Positions 55,505 to 64,000 of a DNA stretch of 64,000 nucleotides are shown here, one piece after another. The notes beneath the pieces are model-generated. The model was not told where the DNA came from. It was given only the letters and a program-made list of their open reading frames with translations, and did not search any database. How positions within the stretch are numbered: the stretch's first letter is position 1; each line of letters starts with the position of its first letter. The stretch is taken from contig CP142728.1 of NCBI GenBank assembly GCA_036630325.1, positions 434,001-498,000 on the forward strand. Direction: 5' to 3'. A program made the translations under genes and the position numbers. The DNA comes from Vairimorpha necatrix. Taxonomy: Eukaryota.

Positions 55505-56326
55505 ATGTCTGATGATTCTACTAGTCTTTCATTTTTAAATCTTAATTGGTGTGAATCAAAACAAGACACGTCACTTATATATCCTTTTATACTAGAACCA
55601 ACATTCACTAATATGTATTTAGAAATATCTTACAAATTAGAAGATTTAATCAAGAAAATCAAACTAATTAATTTCACTTATAAAATAATAAACGAAGATA
55701 ATATAAGATTTGTAAACATTAATACCAAAGAAACAATCTTAGAACTCGGTGTATGCGAATATGAAAAAATAAACTTTATAAACATTTACAGAATGAATTT
55801 GTTTATAGTTCTCAACAAACTTAAATATAAAAAGAAAATTACTAGTAGAAATAACAAGTTATACAAACAGAATATAGAAAAATCAACTAATATACAAATA
55901 AAAAATGAATACGAAGAATTAAAAAAAGAAATTTATGATAAACAAGTAAATAATAATATAAACTTTATATTTGTAGAAAACGAGAATGATTTGTTTAGAG
56001 AACTGAAAAATATCTTAAAATTTTTATCTATTGAAAAAAAATTTACGCCTAAAATTAAAACTTTTAAGAATGGTAGAGAAGCAGAATATATGGAATATAT
56101 AATAAGTCAAATACCAGGAATAGGGAAATGTGTGGCCAAAAATATTAGTGAAAGGTTTCTAAGTCTGGCGAAATTGAATGCTTTTATTCAAGAACATCGG
56201 AATGAGTTGAGTGAAATGATAATAGAAGATAGTGAGAATAAGAAATGTAGAAAACTTGGAGAAGTACAAGCTGATAAAATCGTACGGATTTTTATGTCAG
56301 AAGATCCAAATGAAAAAATAGTATAA
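55505..56326 (+). CDS. Eme1/Mms4-like ERCC4-HhH protein
   Basis: QIPGIG..VA..I..RF.SL and RKLG...A.KI.RIF.S.DP C-terminal motifs. Confidence 0.7.
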   Translation: MSDDSTSLSFLNLNWCESKQDTSLIYPFILEPTFTNMYLEISYKLEDLIKKIKLINFTYKIINEDNIRFVNINTKETILELGVCEYEKINFINIYRMNLFIVLNKLKYKKKITSRNNKLYKQNIEKSTNIQIKNEYEELKKEIYDKQVNNNINFIFVENENDLFRELKNILKFLSIEKKFTPKIKTFKNGREAEYMEYIISQIPGIGKCVAKNISERFLSLAKLNAFIQEHRNELSEMIIEDSENKKCRKLGEVQADKIVRIFMSEDPNEKIV

Positions 56327-56555
56327 CGAGCATATAAATAATTGTTTATTTGTTAATTTAAATCTTTTTGATTTATTTTTGTAATATAAGACTCTTTATT
56401 TTATTGTACTCATATATTGATAATATAGTAATTATATCTTTAATTATTTAAAGTTTTAGTACATCTTTTTTGCGTATATAATTCGCATTACTTAAGAATT
56501 ATTACATTTTTAATATATTTGAATCATAACACGCTGTCTTAAACATAAGAATAAG

Positions 56556-56990
56556 TTTTATTAGGGTATGCTTATTGTAGTTTATACTTCCAATTTAACA
56601 AGGATGGGGCCACGTTAGCGTCTCCTGCTTGTAGGTAGCTTCCTGCTCCATAGTCCTTTCCACGTCGGCTTCGTTTCTCTCTTTTGGTAGTCCAGAAAAA
56701 TGCTTTCTAGTGTGTTCATCTGAGTACGCTTCTACCTTCTTAGAAATTTCGAGTCTTGTGGTAGAAGATTTGTGAAACCCAGTCACTATACCGTCCCAAG
56801 TGATTAATAAAGAATTATATCTGTTTTAATCCATATATTCAGCTTAGTTCGTTCGCAAGATCATCATCTTTTCTTAACTTATCGTTTTCTACTTGCTAAA
56901 GGTTTTCTTGTGATGTGACACCTATTTCGATTATTCTGGTCAATTTGTTCTTTTTATCTACTACGACAATGTCCAGTTTATTCTTTTCTG
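56556..56990 (-). mobile_element. 5'-truncated 3' end of an RLE-type non-LTR retrotransposon
   Basis: DIVVVDKKNKLTRIIEIGVTSQENL..ENDKLRK..ITWDGIV..VEAY; same 3' terminus AATAAGCATACCCT as 10654. Confidence 0.82.
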
Positions 56991-57729
56991 CCTTAATATA
57001 AGAATAAATTAAATGACAAGTGTAATCAGAGTAAATTCTATAGCACAAAAACGGGGTATAATTTTTTATACAACAATTTTATAACCAAAAGATTGTGTTA
57101 AATTTCAAATAAATTTCGTCCATTATTTATGTAATTTGTGCCATTTCTAATATAAATGACCTCATCTCGACTTGCATCTCAGGAAACATCGCATATAAAA
57201 AATGAAAGTTCCGTACGACTCCGTAGCATAATAAAATTATTTTGTCTCAACTATTAATAAAAATCCAAATAAAAAAGTATAATTTTTTAATTATAAAATT
57301 TTAAAACTCAAAAAGCAAAACTTATGTGTAAATTAAAAGATTTTTTAATAGCTTTTTAAAATGTTAAAGGACGATATAAATCATTTAAAACAATAATTTT
57401 TTAATGTTAAGGAAATAATCTATATGTTATTATTTGCATGGCAAAAAAAATACAATCCTCCTATTCGTAATGTTAAAATTCAGTATGCCTAAATTAGATG
57501 AAGGCTTAGTAAGTTTAAAAAGTTTGTTTAAAAAGCGTTTTTTTGGTTTATTATAAATTAAAATATAATTTTAATTAAATAACGGCCATGTCAAATCCAT
57601 CAATTTGACAATTCCCTCATCAACTTCTCTAAGCCTTTAAGATAAAATCTAAGAAATTTGATAATAAAAATAAATAGAAGTCTTCTATCAATAAAAATCT
57701 AAATTATAAAATACCTCGATTTTACCCTC

Positions 57730-58605
57730 ATGATCATGTTAGGATTTTTATTTATTAGTTTTTCTAAAGCGCTGACTAAGTTATTCTTCATTAATAAATC
57801 ATTTGATCAATATTCCGTCTATATTGCCGTAACTAATCCTACACGTGAAGAAGTAAAAAGAATGTATTTTTTCGTGGATGATGACGAATTCAAACAATGC
57901 TTATTGTCTGATGACTTTGAAAAAATGAATTTTGACCTAAATCATGTTCCATTTTACCCGCTATCCCGTGAACAAATTTACGATGTACTAGCAAAGCAGT
58001 CAAAAATGAACCATTCCATAGGTAAAATGTTTAATAATGCTTATCCTATGCTTACGTGGATGGAAGATTTTGTGTTATTTGAGACTACTGTGAAAATTGA
58101 CTCACAGAAAAAATATTATATAAAAAGTATTAATCATTTGCAAGCAGGTTCCTTTGATGTTTTATGGTCACAAAGTGATAGTTTCGAAATATCGGAAAAT
58201 TATTTGGACATGAAAATAAATTTAGACAAGTTTATTAGCACAACAGTTTTCGAAATTTATTTTTATTATCACTACCTCGTCTCTTTGCATCAGAAAGCCT
58301 TCTATTACTACACGACTAACACTTTAGCCCCAAAAGAAATAGACGATTCAATTTTTAATTATTTAGAAGAAGAAATAGAGCCAGCTGACAATAACAAAAC
58401 TTTTAAACCAAAGAATTACAACGTGAAAATATCATATCCAAATCGGACAGAAGATAAAAAATCTATAAGAAGCCCAATTAACGACGAAAAAGAACCAGAA
58501 AAAAAAGACGAAAAGGATTTCGAAAAAAGTAACAAAGTGTTATTAATTACAATAGCAATTTTAGTATTATTGTTATGCTATTTGATTCGTAATAAATTTT
58601 TTTAA
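57730..58605 (+). CDS. Putative type I membrane/surface protein
   Basis: Hydrophobic N-terminus, C-terminal TM (VLLITIAILVLLLCYLI) plus short basic tail; CCC before ATG. Confidence 0.8.
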   Translation: MIMLGFLFISFSKALTKLFFINKSFDQYSVYIAVTNPTREEVKRMYFFVDDDEFKQCLLSDDFEKMNFDLNHVPFYPLSREQIYDVLAKQSKMNHSIGKMFNNAYPMLTWMEDFVLFETTVKIDSQKKYYIKSINHLQAGSFDVLWSQSDSFEISENYLDMKINLDKFISTTVFEIYFYYHYLVSLHQKAFYYYTTNTLAPKEIDDSIFNYLEEEIEPADNNKTFKPKNYNVKISYPNRTEDKKSIRSPINDEKEPEKKDEKDFEKSNKVLLITIAILVLLLCYLIRNKFF

Positions 58606-59489
58606 TTTTTATAGATTGTATGTAATCTACATGTTTAACAATAGTAAATATATTATGTTGACTATTTATATAAACCATAAACTAACAATTTTAAAAATTT
58701 TTAGATTCAAAATATTAGTATCATAACTTATGGAATTTTTACATTTTCAAAAACAATAATTGGTCATACACGTTAGAAATTCTTAAATCTAGTACTTTTA
58801 CAAAAAGTTAAAATCCTATAAAATATCTTCATTAAAACTGTAATGATACTCAATATATATCTAAATGAAATTGTGTATGTGAAGCTTCGGAATTCAAATA
58901 TTATTGTACAAAAATAAAAATCAAAAAAGATTTTTGCAATATTGCGAAAAAAACAACATAAATATTAAAAAATATCAAAAAATATCAAAAAATTTGGTCA
59001 ATGTTGACGCAATTTACACAAAAACAAATGAAAATATTAAATTACAAAAGAATGATATGATTTACGTCACTGATACAATCATATATGCCGAAGAAAAATT
59101 AGTGTAGGCTTTTCTTTGTTATTTTTATATTTACAATAACATCTACAGTATGTACTTAATAAATTATACTATACAAATCATTAAACATATTGATCTAGCT
59201 CTAAATGTAAACTGTTTCAATCAAACCTTTTTTTGATGCATCACAAAAATCATACTTATACAGTCATTGAGTTCATGATAAATAAATATTGTTTTGGCTT
59301 AATTAATTAAAACTAGTTTTGCGAATTTAATTAATATTTCGTTTCATATGTAAAAACAGAAAAAACAATAGCTATATTTAACTTTTGTATGAACAAAAAA
59401 CATAGTGGCGATTGATACATGAATTGTTTGTTTGTATTGCGTCATATGTATTCATACAGAGAATTTATATTCATTTTAACATATACCCC

Positions 59490-60275
59490 ATGATTTTCAT
59501 ACTTTATGTAATTTGCTATATTTGTGCTATTGCAGATCTTGATGAATCTGCCTTTGTTGAGAATAACGCAATTTGGACACGGGAAAAAGTTGACTCTCAA
59601 AATAAAAATTCTAATAACTATGGAGATGTGATTTTTAAAGATCTACCTCGAGATACTCATCTCGATATTAATTTAGACAATTATAATAAAGTAGTTAGAG
59701 ATTTTTTCTCAAATATTACTGAACATCCCGATATAAAAAAGAAGATTGATAATTTATTATCTAAAAATCATGATATTGATAAGAGTTTTTTATTGTCGCT
59801 TTTTAAACAATATCTACATGAGTTTAATTTTGGAAAAGTATATGATACAAAATGTTCAAAAGGGTTGTCTTTTTTCAAATCTTTGGCCAGTCGAAGCTAC
59901 AAACTAATATTAAGATTATCAAGTATATTAGATAATGAAGAATATATTGGTATCAGGGACAATATTAAGTATCAGATATTTAATAGTGTAGATTTAATAA
60001 TGGATGATAAATGTGAAAACAAAATCATACAATTATTCAATACTAAGAAATACAACAAGATTAGTTCACTGTTAGATAAAATGAATATCGAAGAACATTT
60101 TTTGCGAGAACAGAAAGCGTCAATACCATTTGCGCCATGGTTTAAGTTAAGACCAAAACCGACAACACCTAAGCCATTCGTAAATTATAAAAATCCAAAA
60201 GTTTACGTGCACGGGGGAGTGTACTTATCATGCAAAAATAAGAATTGTTCGCCCTCAAGAAATATGATCAATTAA
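59490..60275 (+). CDS. Putative secreted protein
   Basis: CCCC-ATG at 59490; signal-like MIFILYVICYICAIA. Confidence 0.78.
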   Translation: MIFILYVICYICAIADLDESAFVENNAIWTREKVDSQNKNSNNYGDVIFKDLPRDTHLDINLDNYNKVVRDFFSNITEHPDIKKKIDNLLSKNHDIDKSFLLSLFKQYLHEFNFGKVYDTKCSKGLSFFKSLASRSYKLILRLSSILDNEEYIGIRDNIKYQIFNSVDLIMDDKCENKIIQLFNTKKYNKISSLLDKMNIEEHFLREQKASIPFAPWFKLRPKPTTPKPFVNYKNPKVYVHGGVYLSCKNKNCSPSRNMIN

Positions 60276-61373
60276 ATTATAGGTTTAATTTATTTTTTAT
60301 TAAAGTTACGTTGAAAAATATTTTTAGGGTTGTTAAATTTTTTTTTAGTTTATTGTGCAATCTATCATTTTTACATAAATACATGCATGATAGTCGTTAA
60401 TAGTTGAATTATTCCTATAATTTAAGGTTTAGATATCTTTTTAGTTAAATAGAAAAAATGGATTAAATTTTACTATAAATGTAATTATGAGCGTTTCGTC
60501 TTATCCTGACTTACGATATAAAAGTGCAAAAATAAAAATATTGCATTGTTTTTAGTCTAATATTAATATTGTGGTAAAAAAATCTAGAGGTTGAATCTTA
60601 GATATAATAATCATCATGAATAGAATAGCAGAATCGAAACGTGCATTTACAATTTATTTAATATACTTATAGGTTCATAATATAATGATGATTGGGCGAT
60701 AATATTGAAATCTATAATAACATTCACATTAACTTTGAACAATGCAGCCTAGAAAAAAAAAGCTTAAGACTTATAAAAAAAAGAGCGTTTGAAGAACAAG
60801 GTCAACTAGATTATCATTTAACCCATATTAATATTACTCCTATAAGCCAAATCCTCGCTGTCAATGTTTACGTAATTGTATAAACGAATAGATACGACAA
60901 TACATTTTCTCAAAAACGGTATATATGTTTAACAAAATCTGTTTACAAGCAGCTTCGTTGAAACCACAATGTATTTGAAAATTCCAACCTTATAAACTTA
61001 AATTAAATATAGGGTCTTAAATATGTAAACGATGTGATGTGAAAATTTATCAGTACTAAATCAATTACTGACGTCTTTGATCATTAAATATTCCGAAAAC
61101 TAACTGTTAACAGTAAATTAATATCTATATTCTGTCTTAATTCTCGGGTGCCGCGTGTTTTTGATTTTAATTCACAAAAAAATTATATTAATATACAACT
61201 TTATGATTCGTTAGAAAAAGTTTACATTTAATTAACTTTACATAAACCATGGATTCAAGATAAAAAAGACATCTATAAAAATACCATGTGCGTTTAAACA
61301 ATTAATGTATTTAGATAATGTAGGATTTATAATCCTTAATAAATAAATTGTTAGCATAATGTAAATTAGGTTC

Positions 61374-63469
61374 TGTGATGTACATTGCTACATCACATGA
61401 GCAGATGTCAAATATGTCATCTGTCACCGATGTCCAAAGACATGTCAAGCATTTCAAGTTACATGTCAAGATGAGTCACACAAACAAACAAACAAACGAA
61501 AGTTTCATGGTCGTTACTACATTCGTAAGTACGCCAATGTTTGTAGTTTAGTGTTGACAAGAATCTTTAAATTAAAAATAAACTATAAAAGAAAGTCTGT
61601 CTGTGAAGGGTATGGAATATATAGAATCCAAGAGAGAGACTAAAACCATCAATAAACATATTTACATTAAAAACTATTTAGAGAGATATTATAAAAATGG
61701 CCATGTACCCCGGATACATGACATAATTGAATTCAATTCCCACAAAGTATCAAAAGGGGACAACAACGCAGTAATTAAAGAAGCGTTAGAATTTAAGTAT
61801 ACGATCGAAGAGATCGATTTAGAAGTAAAAAAAAACTTAAGTATAATAAAAAACATAAAAGAATTTAATGAAATGGAGCTAGATACATGGTTTGAGGATT
61901 TCAACCAAATCAGCAGAAATAAAAAATGGGATTTTAAAAAAGAAAAAATCGCCTTAGGAGAATTAGTGCGAGATCCCACATTGCAACAAATATTTGGATT
62001 ACCAGATTTAGAAAAAATAAGAAGATATATTGAAAAAAATGTAAGTCAAAGATCAAGTCCTGAGATGCTACATTTAAAGCTACAGGCATGTAAACAAATT
62101 AATTTCAGATACATTAAAGAATATTTGTTTGAAATAAAGAATCTAGTAGATCAGTATGCTAGACTAGAAAACTTAACGAGAAAAGAATACGAAAGAAAGT
62201 TAAGAGAGAGTTTTTTCTTGGGATTAGGTTTTTCCACTCGTCTTAAGATATTAGAGCTTGGAAAAAATAACGTCGAAGAAACCATGACGTATTTAGAAAC
62301 AGTGGAAGAGTGTTTGATTTTTGAAGGAAAAAGGCGTGAAATAACATATGAATCAGTTCATAATGATAGATTCAAGTTTGAGACCGAAAAGGACGGTTAC
62401 AAGAACAATAAATGGTGCCGCCTCCATAAAAACAGTACGCACAATACAGAGGATTGCTTTAGACTAAACAATACCTCAGAGCAGCTTAAGAAAAATTTAG
62501 AAAACATAAAAATGTCGAATATTGTTCCAGAAAAATTATTTACAATTAGAGAAATAAAGAAAAATAACATACCAGAAGAGGTAGTATTTAATAGAGAAAA
62601 TAAAGTCGAGAACATTAAAATAAAAAATCAAGAAGTAACTAATAAAGAAAATTCAAAAGAAGTGAAAACAAAACATGAAACATCGAAAAATGATGAAATA
62701 ATAGCGAAAACGCTTAGCCATGAGAAACTACAGAATGTAGTTGGAACAAATATATTAAAAGAGAAGGATTTAATTGTCAAAAGAAATACAGATATTGACA
62801 AGAAGCTTAACAATCCGATGAAAAATATAGAAAAAGAAAATAAAAAAGATGATAATAAAAGAAATCGAGGTAATAAATTAATAAAAATAAAATACCGTGA
62901 TAAATATAAACAAAAGAAGACATATAAAATAAGAAAGAAAAAAAATGAAATATTAGAAAGTATAAACACGAAGAAAAAGCAAAAAATGTTAAGTAGTGTT
63001 ATAGATAAAGCAATAGTAGACCCGCCGAATATAATATCTAAACATGAAGGGTGGTCAGCAACATGCAACAATGAATGGAGAACTTTAAAAAATTTAAAGC
63101 TTTAGGAGAGGGCAGAATGTGATGTACATTGCTACATCACATGAGCAGATGTCAAATATGTCATCTGTCACCGATGTCCAAAGACATGTCAAGCATTTCA
63201 AGTTACATGTCAAGATGAGTCACACAAACAAACAAACAAACGAAAGTTGCATGGTCGTTACTACATTCGTAAGTACGCCAATGTTTGTAGTTTAGTGTTG
63301 ACAAGAATCTTTAAATTAAAAATAAACTATAAAAGAAAGTCTGTCTGTGAAGGGTATGGAATATATAGAATCCAAGAGAGAGAGACTAAAACCATCAATA
63401 AACATATTTACATTAAAAACTATTTAGAGAGATATTATAAAAATGGCCATGTACCCCGGATACATGACA
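61374..63469 (+). mobile_element. Non-autonomous gag-only LTR retrotransposon, family B
   Basis: LTRs 61374-61723 and 63118-63469 (one substitution and a 2-bp indel seen); TSD GGTTC (61369-73, 63470-74); PPT AGGAGAGGGCAGAA; no RT/RH/INT core. Confidence 0.95.
61612..63105 (+). CDS. gag: Gag-like protein with K/N/E-rich C-terminal extension
   Basis: ATG in the 5' LTR after GGGT; WFEDF..W, LKQ-like, KEYERK..F.GLG, WCRLHKNSTHNTEDC; homologous to family A gag. Confidence 0.88.
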   Translation: MEYIESKRETKTINKHIYIKNYLERYYKNGHVPRIHDIIEFNSHKVSKGDNNAVIKEALEFKYTIEEIDLEVKKNLSIIKNIKEFNEMELDTWFEDFNQISRNKKWDFKKEKIALGELVRDPTLQQIFGLPDLEKIRRYIEKNVSQRSSPEMLHLKLQACKQINFRYIKEYLFEIKNLVDQYARLENLTRKEYERKLRESFFLGLGFSTRLKILELGKNNVEETMTYLETVEECLIFEGKRREITYESVHNDRFKFETEKDGYKNNKWCRLHKNSTHNTEDCFRLNNTSEQLKKNLENIKMSNIVPEKLFTIREIKKNNIPEEVVFNRENKVENIKIKNQEVTNKENSKEVKTKHETSKNDEIIAKTLSHEKLQNVVGTNILKEKDLIVKRNTDIDKKLNNPMKNIEKENKKDDNKRNRGNKLIKIKYRDKYKQKKTYKIRKKKNEILESINTKKKQKMLSSVIDKAIVDPPNIISKHEGWSATCNNEWRTLKNLKL

Positions 63470-64000
63470 GGTTCTATTGCCGAATACAAATAATTTATTA
63501 TTTTATAAGATATAATAAAAAAGTTTAAACAGGATTGCAGAGTTTTTTAAAAACGAATTAAAAGAAACAAGGAGTGGTGGGATGCATATTGGCATTGAAA
63601 TAATACGGTATGTATAACAAGTTTGCAGTTACAAATATTTGTTTATCTACAGTTACTTGATATAATAAAATCAAAATTTTCAACCAAGTCAAAGTTTTCA
63701 AGAGCTTTTTTGTGGATAAAATTCAAGATATATACATCTTTCATATTGTTTTACTTCAATAGTATTCTATTTTGATTTTCTATGCATGATCAAAGAGGAG
63801 AAGAATGATAATAAAATATGACAATTATAATGCAGTATTTTACCCTCGTAAAAGCTTTAAACGTGTCTGTACTTTTTGTATACTAAAGTTTTATTAATCT
63901 TTGCCTAAAATTGGCGTTTTTAATGTATCAAAAGTAAAGTTTATAAATACGTGTAAAAAAACAACGTATAGATATGCACAAACCTCGGGGTTCATATCTA

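Noticed and set aside
63247-63528. 93-aa ORF
   Set aside because: Lies in the 3' LTR and merely repeats the LTR-encoded gag N-terminus running into flanking DNA

Overview
This is AT-rich eukaryotic DNA with compact, apparently intronless genes, most preceded by a CCC/GGG motif just upstream of the ATG. That pattern and the divergent proteins point to a microsporidian (Nosema/Vairimorpha-like; inference). Dense housekeeping islands include cyclin-like, Ctf8, Utp12, IntS4-like, deoxyhypusine synthase, PIP5K, Pop5, CAF-1 large subunit, a CM1 coiled-coil protein, Rad18, Lunapark, DeSI, La, proteasome beta2, tRNA-Glu and Eme1. They alternate with TE-rich intervals: two full-length Ty3/Gypsy elements, a gag-only LTR element, two solo LTRs, a FLYWCH-MULE transposon with foldback-like TIRs, Merlin/IS1595-like relics and RLE-type LINE 3' fragments. 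Two things stand out. First, an ~800-bp non-coding, tRNA-headed, highly structured, poly(A)-tailed SINE-like family is present in about 5 copies. Second, three sequence-unrelated LTR families share one non-canonical architecture: terminal hairpins, a TATA-ATG-AATAAA cassette with gag starting inside the LTR, and, in both families whose internal region is visible, a GAATTC-centred 14-bp palindrome instead of a tRNA primer-binding site. Protein calls rest on motif recognition only; no database searches were run.
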